DNA from: Eledone cirrhosa
Lineage: Eukaryota
Length of the DNA stretch: 64,000 nucleotides
Direction of reading: 5' to 3'
NCBI GenBank assembly: GCA_964016885.1
Contig: OZ024749.1
Coordinates: forward strand, 35,464,001-35,528,000
Numbering within the stretch: the stretch's first letter is position 1; each line of letters opens with the position of its first letter. The notes under the pieces were generated by a model. It was not told the origin of the DNA and made no database searches. It worked only from the letters and a program-made list of their open reading frames with translations. Both the position numbers and the translations under genes were made by a program. Positions 13,108-27,570 of this stretch are shown here, one piece after another.

Positions 13108-14092
13108 TAGATGGTGGTGATGGTGGTGATGGTGATGGTGATGGTGATGGTGATGATGATGGTGATGATGATGATGGTGATGGTGGTGATGGTGGTGATG
13201 ATGGTGGTGATGATGGTGATGTGATGGTGATGATGATAGTGATGATGGTGGTGATGATGGTGGTGATGGTGGTGATGGTGGTGATGGTGGTGATGGTGGT
13301 GATGGTGGTGATGGTGATGATGATGGTGATGGTGGTGATGATGGTGGTGATGATGGTGATGGTGGTGATGATGATGATGATGGTGATGATGGTGATGGTG
13401 ATGATGATGGTGATGATGGTGGTGATGATGGTGATGGTGATGATGATGGTGGTGATGGTGGTGATGATGATGGTGATGGTGGTGATGATGATGATGATGG
13501 TGATGGTGGTGGTGATGGTGATGATGGTGGTGGTGATGATGGTGATGGTGATGATGATGGTGATGATGGTGGTGATGATGATGGTGGTGATGATGGTAGT
13601 GATGATGGTGATGGTGGTGATGATGGTGATGGTGGTGATGATGGTGATGGTGGTGGTGATGGTGATGGTGGTGGTGGTGGTGAGGATGATGGCGATGGTG
13701 ATGATGATGATGGTGATGGAGGTGATGGTGGTGATGATGGTGATGATGATGGTGATGATGATGATGATGATGGTGATAATAATGGTGTTGATAATGATGA
13801 TGGTGATGATGGTGATGATGATGGTGATGATGATGATAATAATGGTGATGATGATGATGAAGTTGATGATTTTGTGGGCAGTAATGATGTTAATGATGAT
13901 GGTGTTGATGTTGATGATGATGATGCTGTTCATGGTAATGATGATGATGTTGATGGTAATGATGGTGTTGATGTTGATAGCATTGATGGTATGATGATGG
14001 TTTTGATGATGATGATGATGGTGATGATGATAATGGTGCCGATACTTTCAATGCTGTTGATGATGATAATAATGATAATAATGATGGAGATG
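13108..14092. repeat. (GAT/GGT)n trinucleotide block
   Basis: Directly visible. Confidence 0.95.
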
Positions 14093-14200
14093 TGAAGCAA
14101 GAAGCCTAGTGGTTAATATGTCGGGCCCCACTATCATATGACCCTGGGTTTGGTTTATGTGGTTTTCAAGTGAGATGCTTCATTTTATGTTGCTTATTAA
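14093..14200 (+). mobile_element. Degenerate tRNA/CORE-SINE head leading directly into the 106-bp array
   Basis: A-box-like GCCTAGTGGTTA and CORE-end-like TTCATTTTATGTTGCT; same head-then-repeat layout as 51345-51865. Confidence 0.5.
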
Positions 14201-17200
14201 AACACCCAAGAAACCTCCTATGACATACCACCTTGTAGGATGTTAGTTAAACCTACATAGGGGTGAGCTGTAACAATATGATAGGACTTGGAACTCCTAT
14301 CATTAAGACACTGAAGAAACCTTCTATGAGATACAACCTTGTAGGATGCTAGTTAAACCTACATAAGGGTGAGCTGTAACAACATGATAGGACTTGGAAC
14401 TCCTATCATTAAGACACTGAAGAAACCTTCTATGAGATACAACCTTGTAGGATGCTAGTTAAACCTACATAAGGGTGAGCTGTAACAACATGATAGGACT
14501 TGGAACTCCTATCATTAAGACACTGAAGAAACCTTCTATGATATACAACCTTGTAGGATGCTAGTTAAACCTACATAGGTGTGAACTGTAACAACATGAT
14601 AGGACTTGGAACTCCTATCATTAAGACACTGAAGAAACCTTCTATGACATACAACCTTGTAGGATGCTAGTTAAACCTACATAAGGGTGAGCTGTAATAA
14701 CATGATAGGACTTGGAACTCCTATCATTAAGACACTGAAGAAACCTCCTATGACATACAACCTTGTAGGATGCTAGTTAAACCTACATACGAGTGAGCTG
14801 TAACAACATGATAGGACTTGGAACTCCTATCATTAAGACACTGAAGAAACCTTCTATGATATACAACCTTGTAGGATGCTAGTTAAACCTACATAAGGGT
14901 GAGCTGTAACAACATGATAGGACTTGGAACTCCTATCATTAAGACACTGAAGAAACCTCCTATGACATACAACCTTGTAGGATGCTAGTTAAACCTACAT
15001 ACGGGTGAGCTGTAACAACATGATAGGACTTGGAACTCCTATCATTAAGACACTGAAGAAACCTCCTATGAGATACAACCTTGTAGGATGCTAGTTAAAC
15101 CTACATAGGTGTGAGCTGTAACAATATGATAGGACTTGGAACTCCTATCATTAAGACACTGAAGAAACCTCCTATGACATACAACCTTGTAGGATGCTAG
15201 TTAAACCTACATAGGTGTGCGCTGTAACAACATGATAGGACTTGGAACTCCTATCATTAAGACACTGAAGAAACCTCCTATGAGATACAACCTTGTAGAA
15301 TGCTAGTTAAACCTACATAAGGGTGAGCTGTAACAACATGATAGGACTTGGAACTCCTATCATTAAGACACTGAAGAAACCTTCTATGATATACAACCTT
15401 GTAGGATGCTAGTTAAACCTACATAGGTGTGAGCTGTAACAACATGATAGGACTTGGAGCTCCTATCATTAAGACACTGAAGAAACCTCCTATGATATAC
15501 AACCTTGTAGGATGCTAGTTAAACCTACATAGGTGTGAGCTGTAACAACATGATAGGACTTGGAACTCCTATCATTAAGACACTGAAGAAACCTCCTATG
15601 ACATACAACCTTGTAGGATGCTAGTTAAACCTACATAGGTGTGAGCTGTAACAACATGATAGGACTTGGAACTCCTATCATTAAGACACTGAAGAAACCT
15701 CCTATGATATACACCCTTGTAGGATGCTAGTTAAACCTACATAGGTGTGAGCTGTAACAACATGATAGGACTTGGAACTCCTATCATTAAGACACTGAAG
15801 AAACCTCCTATGAGATACAACCTTGTAGGATGCTAGTTAAACCTACATAGGTGTGAGCTGTAACAATATGATAGGACTTGGAACTCCTATCATTAAGACA
15901 CTGAAGAAACCTCGTATGAGATACAACCTTGTAGGATGCTAGTTAAACCTACATAAGGGTGAGCTGTAACAACATGATAGGACTTGGAACTCCTATCATT
16001 AAGACACTGAAGAAACCTCCTATGATATACAACCTTGTAGGATGCTAGTTAAACCTACATAGGTGTGAGCTGTAACAACATGATAGGACTTGGAACTCCT
16101 ATCATTAAGACACTGAAGAAACCTCCTATGATATACAACCTTGTAGGATGCTAGTTAAACCTACATAGGTGTGAGCTGTAACAACATGATAGGACTTGGA
16201 ACTCCTATCATTAAGACACTGAAGAAACCTCCTATGATATACAACCTTGTAGGATGCTAGTTAAACCTACATAGGTGTGAACTGTAACAACATGATAGGA
16301 CTTGGAACTCCTATCATTAAGACACTGAAGAAACCTTCTATGATATACAACCTTGTAGGATGATAGTTAAACCTACATAGGTGTGAGCTGTAACACCATG
16401 ATAGGACTTGGAACTCCTATCATTAAGACACCGAAGAAACCTCCTATGAGATACAACCTTGTAGGATGCTAGTTAAACCTACATAGGTGTGAGCTGTAAC
16501 AACATGATAGGACTTGGAACTCCTATCATTAAGACACTGAAGAAACCTCCTATGACATACAACCTTGTAGGATGCTAGTTAAACCTACATAGGTGTGCGC
16601 TGTAACAACATGATAGGACTTGGAACTCCTATCATTAAGACACTGAAGAAACCTCCTATGAGATACAACCTTGTAGGATGCTAGTTAAACCTACATAGGT
16701 GTGAGCTGTAACAATATGATAGGACTTGGAACTCCTATCATTAAGACACTGAAGAAACCTCCTATGAGATACAACCTTGTAGGATACTAGTTAAACCTAC
16801 ATAGGTGTGAGCTGTAACAACATGATAGGACTTGGAACTCCTATCATTAAGACACTGAAGAAACCTCCTATGACATACAACCTTGTAGGATGCTAGTTAA
16901 ACCTACATACGGGTGAGCTGTAACAACATGATAGGACTTGGAACTCCTATCATTAAGACACTGAAGAAACCTTCTATGATATACAACCTTGTAGGATGCT
17001 AGTTAAACCTACATACGGGTGAGCTGTAACAACATGATAGGACTTGGAACTCCTATCATTAAGACACTGAAGAAACCTTCTATGATATACAACCTTGTAG
17101 GATGCTAGTTAAACCTACATAAGGGTGAGCTGTAACAACATGATAGGACTTGGAACTCCTATCATTAAGACACTGAAGAAACCTCCTATGACATACAACC

Positions 17201-20200
17201 TTGTAGGATGCTAGTTAAACCTACATACGGGTGAGCTGTAACAACATGATAGGACTTGGAACTCCTATCATTAAGACACTGAAGAAACCTCCTATGATAT
17301 ATAACCTTGTAGGATGTTAGTTAAAACCTACATAGGTGTGAACTGTAATAACATGATAGGACATGGAACTCCTATCATTAAGACACTGAAGAAACCTCCT
17401 ATGACATACAACCTTGTAGGATGCTAGTTAAACCTACATAGGTGTGAACTGTAACAACATGATAGGACTTGGAACTCCTATCATTAAGACACCGAAGAAA
17501 CCTCCTATGAGATACAACCTTGTATGATGCTAGTTAAACCTACATAGGTGTGAGCTGTAACAACATGATAGGACTTGGAACTCCTATCATTAAGACACTG
17601 AAGAAACCTCCTATGACATACAACCTTGTAGGATGCTAGTTAAACCTACATAGGTGTGCGCTGTAACAACATGATAGGACTTGGAACTCCTATCATTAAG
17701 ACACTGAAGAAACCTCCTATGAGATACAACCTTGTAGGATGCTAGTTAAACCTACATAGGTGTGAGCTGTAACAATATGATAGGACTTGGAACTCCTATC
17801 ATTAAGACACTGAAGAAACCTCCTATGACATACAACCTTGTAGGATGCTAGTTAAACCTACATAGGTGTGCGCTGTAACAACATGATAGGACTTGGAACT
17901 CCTATCATTAAGACACTGAAGAAACCTCCTATGAGATACAACCTTGTAGGATGCTAGTTAAACCTACATAAGGGTGAGCTGTAACAACATGATAGGACTT
18001 GGAACTCCTATCATTAAGACACTGAAGAAACCTTCTATGATATACAACCTTGTAGGATGCTAGTTAAACCTACATAGGTGTGAGCTGTAACAACATGATA
18101 GGACTTGGAGCTCCTATCATTAAGACACTGAAGAAACCTCCTATGATATACAACCTTGTAGGATGCTAGTTAAACCTACATAGGTGTGAGCTGTAACAAC
18201 ATGATAGGACTTGGAACTCCTATCATTAAGACACTGAAGAAACCTCCTATGACATACAACCTTGTAGGATGCTAGTTAAACCTACATAGGTGTGAGCTGT
18301 AACAACATGATAGGACTTGGAACTCCTATCATTAAGACACTGAAGAAACCTCCTATGATATACAACCTTGTAGGATGCTAGTTAAACCTACATAGGTGTG
18401 AGCTGTAACAACATGATAGGACTTGGAACTCCTATCATTAAGACACTGAAGAAACCTCCTATGAGATACAACCTTGTAGGATGCTAGTTAAACCTACATA
18501 GGTGTGAGCTGTAACAATATGATAGGACTTGGAACTCCTATCATTAAGACACTGAAGAAACCTCGTATGAGATACAACCTTGTAGGATGCTAGTTAAACC
18601 TACATAAGGGTGAGCTGTAACAACATGATAGGACTTGGAACTCCTATCATTAAGACACTGAAGAAACCTCCTATGATATACAACCTTGTAGGATGCTAGT
18701 TAAACCTACATAGGTGTGAACTGTAACAACATGATAGGACTTGGAACTCCTATCATTAAGACACTGAAGAAACCTTCTATGATATACAACCTTGTAGGAT
18801 GATAGTTAAACCTACATAGGTGTGAGCTGTAACACCATGATAGGACTTGGAACTCCTATCATTAAGACACCGAAGAAACCTCCTATGAGATACAACCTTG
18901 TAGGATGCTAGTTAAACCTACATAGGTGTGAGCTGTAACAACATGATAGGACTTGGAACTCCTATCATTAAGACACTGAAGAAACCTCCTATGACATACA
19001 ACCTTGTAGGATGCTAGTTAAACCTACATAGGTGTGCGCTGTAACAACATGATAGGACTCGGAACTCCTATCATTAAGACACTGAAGAAACCTCCTATGA
19101 GATACAACCTTGTAGGATGCTAGTTAAACCTACATAGGTGTGAGCTGTAACAATATGATAGGACTTGGAACTCCTATCATTAAGACACTGAAGAAACCTC
19201 CTATGACATACAACCTTGTAGGATACTAGTTAAACCTACATAGGTGTGAGCTGTAACAACATGATAGGACTTGGAACTCCTATCATTAAGACACTGAAGA
19301 AACCTTCTATGAGATACAACCTTATAGGTTGCTAGTTAAACCTACATAGGTGTGAGCTGTAACAACATGATAGGACTTGGAACTCCTATCATTAAGACAC
19401 TGAAGAAACCTCCTATGACATACAACCTTGTAGGATACTAGTTAAACCTACATAGGTGTGAGCTGTAACAACATGATAGGACTTGGAACTCCTATCATTA
19501 AGACACTGAAGAAACCTCCTATGACATACAACCTTGTAGGATACTAGTTAAACCTACATAGGTGTGAGCTGTAACAACATGATAGGATTTGGAACTCCTA
19601 TCATTAAGACACTGAAGAAACCTCCTATGAGATACAACCTTATAGGTTGCTAGTTAAACCTACATAGGTGTGAGCTGTAACAACATGATAGGTCTTGGAA
19701 CTCCTATCATTAAGACACTGAAGAAACCTCCTATGATATACAACCTTGTAGGATGCTAGTTAAACCTACATAGGTGTGAGCTGTAACAACATGATAGGAC
19801 TTGGAACTCCTATCATTAAGACACTGAAGAAACCTTCTATGATATACAACCTTGTAGGATGCTAGTTTAACCTATCTAAGTGTGAGCTGTAACAACATGA
19901 TAGGACTTGGAACTCCTATCATTAAGACACTGAAGAAACCTCCTATGATATACAACCTTGTAGGATGCTAGTTAAACCTACATAGGTGTGAACTGTAACA
20001 ACATGATAGGACTTGGAACTCCTATCATTAAGACACTCAAGAAACCTCCTATGATATACAACCTTGTAGGATGCTAGTTAAACCTACATAGGTGTGAGCT
20101 GTAACAACATGATAGGACTTGGAACTCCTATCATTAAGACACTCAAGAAACCTTGTAGGATGTCAGCTAAACTACATAAGTGTGAACTGTAACAACAACA

Positions 20201-20390
20201 TGACAGAATTTGAAGCTGCTACCATTACAACATCTATGAAGCCTCCTATTATATATGAAACCTTGTAGGAAGCCAGCTAAACATATATAGGTGTGAACCA
20301 TAATGAGGGGGTGGGGTGCTATCATTAAAACAGAGAAACCACCTATGAGATGTAAGTGAACAACTAAACATACATAGCTGTAAATTTCAT
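14200..20390 (+). repeat. 106-bp satellite, ~56 homogeneous copies with degenerate edges
   Basis: CCTTGTAGG recurs at 14337, 14443 and 14549; the unit contains hairpin ATGATAGGA-cttggaac-TCCTATCAT. Confidence 0.97.
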
Positions 20391-20749
20391 TTCCATTTTA
20401 TAATGATGGTGATGCTGATGGTGTTGATAATGATGATGTCAATGGTGTTGATGATAATGATGATGAGGATAATGATATTGATAACGGTTTCGATAATAAT
20501 TGTTTCTACTTTTGGCACAAGGCCAGCAAATACCCAGTACATTACTGGTACTTTATTTTATGGTTTTGATAATAATGCTGATAATAACGTTGATAATGCT
20601 GTTGATGAAAATGATAGTATTGATGATGATGATGATGAGGTAATAGTTAAGGTGGTGGGGATGAAGGTGGCATATTTTTTTTCCAATGATTTACATGATT
20701 GGTATTTGTTTCTTCAGCATATTAAACATGTTATATACACATACATATA

Positions 20750-21037
20750 TGATGGCTGCCCCCTCGTTATCGAGTATGGCCATTGCACGATATACCATTA
20801 TTAATAATTATTAATTAATTCTATCATGCACTGCCTGTGCATCAAGATATTTTTTAAAGTGAGGATAGACTGTGCACTGAGCCAATCCCACTCTCTGAGA
20901 GACAGTAGCTATAACCTGAAAAGAAGAAAAGATCAACATCATCGGTAACTACTGAGCCGCAAGTTTTATATCGGAGTTATCCCAGTTTCCTGAGTTGCCT
21001 TCACCAAAAAGACTGCCTTGACAAAGGCTGGGCATAC
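20750..21037. mobile_element. Possible non-autonomous retroelement remnant (RTE/BovB-like end)
   Basis: Complex, CpG-containing island between microsatellites; resemblance only. Confidence 0.3.
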
Positions 21038-21326
21038 TTCACATACATACATACATACATACATACATACATACATTTGTACATAAATACACACACACAC
21101 ACACACAAAGTTATGGCACCAGAAGGTCGTGAGAGAAGACACCTGTGAAATTGAATTGCTTATATATATATATATATGTATAAGGTGATGCATGTTGTGA
21201 TATAATCGGTGAAACTGTTGTTCCAGATAATTTTGTCAGCCATTATTAACGCTCATTTAATCATCACTGATTCACACCACAGCATGGCATGGCCTGCTGG
21301 CCCTTCCCCCCTTCTCCCTGCTATCT

Positions 21327-21387
<61 letters not shown>

Positions 21388-22179
21388 TTTCTGACATAAG
21401 ATATATAGACATATAGTTAAAAGGAGAGAGAGCAGGTGAGAATGAGAGCTTCTGCCATAAGATAGCTAGACAGATAGTTAGAGAGAGAGAGAGGGAGAGG
21501 GAGAGAGAGAGAGGAGGAGGAGGAGGAGGTGAGAAAGATCTTTCAATATAAGGTAGAAAGAGAGAGAGTGAAGAATGTGTGGGTGGGGTGTGTGGGAGGT
21601 GATGGCCACTGAAGATCTAGAAGCAGTCTAGCATGATGTTACATCGTAACAAATATCCTCTCACAGCATTTAAACAGAAGAGAAGAAGATATAACTGGTG
21701 CCATGGTCATATGCTATGGGCCATCTTGGAATTAATTAAAAACCCATGCTGCCAAACTAAAGGAAGAAAGGAATTAAGATGGAATGAGAATAAATTAGTT
21801 GAAATTATCAAGAAATGGTAACAGGAAGTTACAGTTCCTAAAATATCAGTATGAAGCAGTGGAACAGTTCATATTGTTTTTATCCATCGTACAAGAAAGA
21901 AATGGACTTCCACCAGTTCAAATGATGAGTGCTCCAGTTAGCCAATCAAACTATCTACTCATAAAATTAACATGTAAGTGGCTGAGTATTCCACAGAGAA
22001 ACGTGTACCCTTAACCTTTCCGTGATTGTATTTCCAATGAAATACATTCTATTTCAATTATTAATAAATGAAAAATTTTGAAGGATTTACTAAAATTATT
22101 ACTTATTTCATGACTAAAATAGTGACTTAACATATGGTTCTTATATAAAATTATGTTAGCAGATCTTAATTTAAATAGG

Positions 22180-22411
22180 AACCCTTTAAGCCTTTAGAAT
22201 TTACATTATTCCATATTTACTATTGTATTTTCACGGTAAACACTTTATTTCACATAATTATCTCATATAATATCAAATCTATGAGATTTTGATATTTATT
22301 TTGAGAACAATACCTTAACATAAGTATAAGTGGCTGGTTACAGCTGGTTTGATCAAAAAGAGGTGAGAGAATTCTGGCCGGAAACAGCCTGTTTAAATGC
22401 TAAAGGGTTAA
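22180..22411 (+). mobile_element. piggyBac-like MITE
   Basis: Ends AAATGCTAAAGGGTTAA with degenerate CCTTTAG at the left; homologous to 24947-25171 and 47644-47695. Confidence 0.6.
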
Positions 22412-24946
22412 GAAGGATTGTTTTATTTCATAGAAACAGAGTTGATTTTGACTGGGTTAGTATCAAAAGGGTTAAGTACGAAACCATATAAATTAATGGT
22501 TGATAACTTGTGGTTATACCATAAGATTGTCAGAAGTCAGAGGGAGTTTAACTGGGATCACAAGTGGAAGAGAGAGAGAGTGAGAGAGAGAGAGGGGGGG
22601 GGAGAGTATGAAAGAAACAGAGAGAGGCTGTTGATTTTTGTGACTCTTGGTGTTTTCTGCCAGGAGTTACAACTGGCAGATATTATCTGTAATGGAAAGA
22701 CTAATGGAAACAGTTTCTTTGGTTGAGATTGATGATCAGATCTTTACCTTTCTTTTGGTTTTTGATGTTTATGACAATGATTGGTATTCCTGTTAAACCA
22801 ATCTTTAGTCAAGCTGGAAATATACATTCAGTTTGTCTTTTATATGAAGATTAACTGGAAATATTTATAAAAGCAGCACAGCAGAGAGTAAACTGCTGTG
22901 ATAGAATGTAAGAATGTACTTCATATAGCTTAAAAGATGTCAGGATAAGCTGTAAAAGATATATCATATCATGGCAGTATGCTTAGGAAACCTTCAGAGA
23001 GGTTTTAGAGCAGATCTTCTTCCTTTTAAAGGTAAAATGGTTCTGAAGTAAAAGTGATGTTTAAAGTAAAGAAAATTGAGTATTGGATCCATCAAATGTG
23101 TGTAGAGGACATCCATTGTTTCCCCAAGACGATTATCCCAGCTGATAGATCAATGGAACAGCCTGCTCATGAAATTAATGTGCAAGGGGCTGAGCATACC
23201 ACAGACACCTGTAACTTTAACGTAGTTTTCAGGGAGATTCAGCATGACACAATATGCAACAAGGCCCTTTTAATTACAGATACAGTTCATCTTGCATTGT
23301 AAAGTAAGTGGCTGAACATTACACAGATACATGTATTCTTGACCTAACCCTTAGGAAAATTCATCATGATTCAGGCATGGCTGGCCCTTTGAATTATAGC
23401 TGCAGTTCATCTTCATAACTTGATCTGTCTTCAAATTGAAAAAAAAAAGTATCAGATCTCCAAACCAACACCATCATCATCAGCAGCAACAACAGCAATA
23501 GCAGCACAAGTTCCACCACCACCACTGCCACCACCACCACCACCACCAACAACAGCAACAACAACACCAATGTCACCATCACCACCAACAACACTAACAA
23601 CAACAGCAGCTGTAGCAGCAGCAGTAATGCCATCACCACCAGCAACACTAACAATACCATCACCACCACAACCAATACCTCCACCACCATCACCATTTTT
23701 TACATTAATATTTTTCCATGCTTGCCATGAGTTCTCTCCATTACAACCAACATCTTTCAACTTGTTTTTTTTTTCCTTTTTCTTGCCATCTTCTTTGTGA
23801 AGTGTAGTTTCTTGTGGTCAGCTTTCACCTCACTCAACATCACCATCACCATCACCATCACCACCTTTACCTAGCTGGGTTTTCTTATCTTCCTCTTCTA
23901 GAGATTCCTTCCACTTGGAACTCCTGGCACCTCTTCCCTCAGCAATCAATCATCCTCATCATCATCATCGTCATCAGCATCCTCATCATCATCATCGTCA
24001 TCATTAGTATCCTCCTCATCATCACCACCACCACCATCATCACAATCCTCCAGCCCCCCTCCTCCTCGTTTACATGTTTACTCTACCACTGTACCGATGT
24101 ATTCTTCTCTTCTATGCACTACATGTGTCACCCGTGATAAATGAGCACCATTTCTAAATTCAGCAATCCTCCTCAGACTTTCCACTTAACTCAACGGAAT
24201 CTAAAGTTAAGTACTAACTTTTAGACACCTGTGATTCCTGGAGACATTTATCATTGTTTCTTTACCATTAAGACAATTCCCGTTGCATCAATAATCATTA
24301 AGATAATTATCATACAAGCAATTAGAACAAGGCTTCGTTAAGATTGGAAAATCAAGCTGGAAACAAATTCACACTGAAATAATTCTGTTTGGTGCTTTTA
24401 GTAAAGATAGTAGTGATAGTATTAGCATTTTGACTTGGGGAAAACAAAGAAAGACATGGTTAAAGATGGTGGAGGTGGAAATAAAGGCAAGGAGATTATT
24501 GAGGCAGGTAGTAGATAAAATAGAGCAGTTTCTCATGGCGCCTGTAAGGCTAACCTGGGCATTAGTAAGGAAAATTACCTTAAAGCACTGGTTGCATTTT
24601 GATTCTAATGGAAACAAAAACAATACCAAGTAAATCAAATATTTAATAATATATTCCATTGCTATTTTTTCTTGGTACAAATTCTAACAGAAACAATTTT
24701 CTTTCTATTTCACCCTTTGGAAATAGTGAGAGAGTAGAATAAATACTTTTTCATTTTCTTTACCAAATTTCTAATGCAAGACACTGCCTATAATTTTCAA
24801 ATACTTTTGAAAATAATAAAACAATTTGAAGGAATTTTGTGATTTAACTAACTTTCTCATTATCAAGTTGGTGTTTGGAACATAATTTAACAAATGTTCT
24901 AACATAAAATTATGCTGGAAGGTTTTTAGAAACATGCTAGTGGATG

Positions 24947-25171
24947 TTATCCCTTTAGGATTTATATTACTCTATACTTATAATTGCATTTTCACAGTAA
25001 AAGCTTTATCTCACATAATATCTCCCATAATATCGAATCTATGAGATTTTGATATTATTTATTTTGGGAACAATAACTTAATGTCTGTATGAGTAGCTGG
25101 TACAGCCAGTTTGAACACAAAGGTGAGAGAATTCTGGCCGGATATGGCCAGTTTAAATGCTAATGGGTTAA
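24947..25171 (+). mobile_element. piggyBac-like MITE (second copy)
   Basis: TTATCCCTTTAG...TGCTAATGGGTTAA termini; internal similarity to 22180-22411. Confidence 0.6.
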
Positions 25172-25489
25172 AAGATGATGATAATAGGCACTTCAAAACC
25201 AACAAAATTGTATCATATAACTTAAGCTGGTTTCAGGTGGTTTGGTATCAAGAATGTCAAAGAAAACAGATATCAGTTGTATGAATGGAATAAAGGAAAT
25301 GCAGTGAGGTGCCACAATTTTGGTAGAATTCGAATAAACAAATTCCAGACTAGAAAATATAATGTTTTTTAGTTGATAGAGACAACGGTTGGGAGCAGCT
25401 CAAGTAACTGTTATACTGTAGAGTGTGAGATATTACTAGGGGACACAAAAAATATGACTGAATTCTTAATATGTATTTGATATCACCCA

Positions 25490-25915
25490 ACAAGTATGTG
25501 ATATCAGGCCAACATATATGTAATATCAAGTCGACATATATGTGATTATCAACCAACACACAGTTGATATCAACCAATACACAGTTGATATCAGCCAACA
25601 CAAAGTTGATATTCACCAACACACAGTTGATATCAACTAACACACAATTTATATCAACCAGCACACAGTTGATATCAACTAACACACAGTTGATATAAAC
25701 CAACACAGTTGATATCAGCCAACACACAATTGATATCAACTAACACACAGTTGATACAAACCAACACACAGTTGATATCAGCCAGCACAAACTTGATATC
25801 CACCAACACTCACTTGATATCAACCAACACAAAGCTGATATCAACTAACACACAGATAATATCCACCAACACATGTGATAAACACCAACACGTATGTGAT
25901 ATCAACCAACACATA
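25490..25915. repeat. 21-bp minisatellite
   Basis: Unit ACACAGTTGATATCAACCAAC with internal palindrome GTTGATATCAAC. Confidence 0.9.
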
Positions 25916-26754
25916 ATTTCAGAGTGGACAGAGCGGTTTTTGTTGTGTCACCAGCAAAACTAGAATTAATTACAGGGTGGACTGGGTGTTTTTTTATCAT
26001 ATCACTAACCCGACCACCTTATGGATGGATCAGCCCATATGCACGATATCAACCAACACAATGTTGATATTAAACAACACACAGTTGTTCCCACCTGACA
26101 CTTATGCAATACCTAAATTATCACATTTTGATACAACACCAACTAAACCCCCCTCTCTCTCTCTGACCAAACACATCTAAACTTTACTTGAGACTAAATA
26201 ATTGTGAATTAAATGACAGTTATTTGTTCTGAGAAAATGAAAATGACTGAATAATTGATAATTTAATTCTGGTCTCAAGGCTGATGAGTGTAAAATTCAG
26301 AAAATATCCAGTAGGAATAAACTAGCTGCAGCAATAATTTTATGACTTTCACAATGTTGAAGTCAATTTATTAAAACGGGGTGAACATTGTTAAAATGAA
26401 CGAAAAAAAAAATAGCCAACAGTAATTTCATACATTTAAACATTCACACTGATATAAATATAATGTGTTGCTTACATTTCAGCACTTTATCATGAACTGG
26501 ATGTGTTTTATTGTGGTACCAACACCAGGAGGGTTGTCACGTCTTTATGAGTATGTGAGTATGTGTGAGTGTGTTTGTGTGCATGGGGGTGTGGGTGTAT
26601 GATAGTGGCAGGACTGTAGTGGACATAGAGATGTGTGTATGTGAGTGTCTGTGTGTGTGTGTGAATAGGTGTGTGATAGTAACAGGATTGTAGTGGACAT
26701 TGTGGAGTGTGTGTATGTGTTTGTGTAAGTTGGACTTCCTTTGGTTCTTGCAAT

Positions 26755-27046
26755 GAGTGTTCCAGTTGTTCAAACAACAGAGCAGACTGCTTGTGAAATT
26801 AATGTGCAAGTGGCTGAGCATTCCACAGATATATACACATAACATAGTTCTCAGGGAGATTCAGCATGACATGGTTGGCTCCTTTGAATTAAAGGTAAAA
26901 CTCATTTTCATCTTTTACCACCTGTATGAACAGAAGCAATGTGAAATAAAGTACTTTGCTTAAGGATACAACATGCTGCCTGTGCAGGAATTGAACTCAC
27001 AACCTTACGGTCATGAGCCTAGCAGCCTGACCACTAAGCTCCATGC
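26755..27046 (-). mobile_element. Old CORE-type SINE
   Basis: tRNA-like head at ~26980-27046, CORE-like segment, tail shared with 5715-6283. Confidence 0.7.
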
Positions 27047-27142
27047 CATATATTTACATGACCACATAAACTATTGATGTATTCTCCTTTTAATTTTAGT
27101 CACTCCCCGCTGTCTATCTATTTACCCATCTATCTATCTATC

Positions 27143-27500
27143 TTGGAAGAAGAATCAGGATGGAGAGAGAGGTGCTGTACCCCAGCAAGTTTTATGAAAG
27201 GTGGGTGAAAGTGGCGAGAATGGCCCGAGTGAATGGGCCTTCTCTCTATATCAGCCTGTAGGTTGAGGAAAAGGAGGAGGAGAGGAAAGGAGTACAAGCT
27301 CTTCGTACTCCTGGAGATGAGGGTTGCACATTTTTTTTCGGGGGTATGTGTTACCCATATAAACTGTCTCCCTCTATTGGGGAAAATCGACTAACTTTTA
27401 AATTCCATCTGTGATAACATTTTACACGTTTTTATTGTATGTAAACTTCCCCCTTTGTATTTGTCCCCTTCTTTTGTGCCCCTGTGGCTAATAAAGAAAT
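27143..27500 (+). mobile_element. L1/Tx1-like LINE 3' end inserted in (TCTA)n
   Basis: ORF end RRIRMEREVLYPSKFYERWVKVARMARVNGPSLYISL*, 3' UTR and AATAAA at ~27490; flanking duplication CTATCTATTTACCCATCTATCTATCTATCT at ~27114 and ~27521. Confidence 0.6.
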
Positions 27501-27570
27501 CTATCTATCTATCTATCTATCTATCTATTTACCCATCTATCTATCTATCTATCTATCTATATATATCGAC

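Noticed and set aside
10642-13994. Long ORFs (up to 584 aa) rich in HT, IT, MV or YI, here and elsewhere in the ORF track
   Set aside because: They are stop-free frames of di- and trinucleotide microsatellites, open in several frames and on both strands, with no domain signal.
14305-14375. Hammerhead-like arrangement in the satellite unit (CTGAAGA...stem...TAAA-CCTACATAGG-TG)
   Set aside because: It lacks the G of GAAA, has a GUG site and only a 2-bp stem I, and the diverged units (14205, 51700) have CCAAGA or CAAAGA instead of the core. Probably chance, though cheap to test.
14200-20390. CRISPR-like array (repeat with hairpin)
   Set aside because: No unique spacers and no cas genes, in a eukaryotic context; the whole 106-bp unit repeats.
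24138-24182. Minus-strand CTGAGGA...GAAA...TC motif
   Set aside because: Stem II relies on G-U pairs, loop III is not palindromic, and there is no TA or tail context; likely chance.
26277-26312. CTGATGA...GAAA motif
   Set aside because: Only a 2-bp stem II and no stem I.
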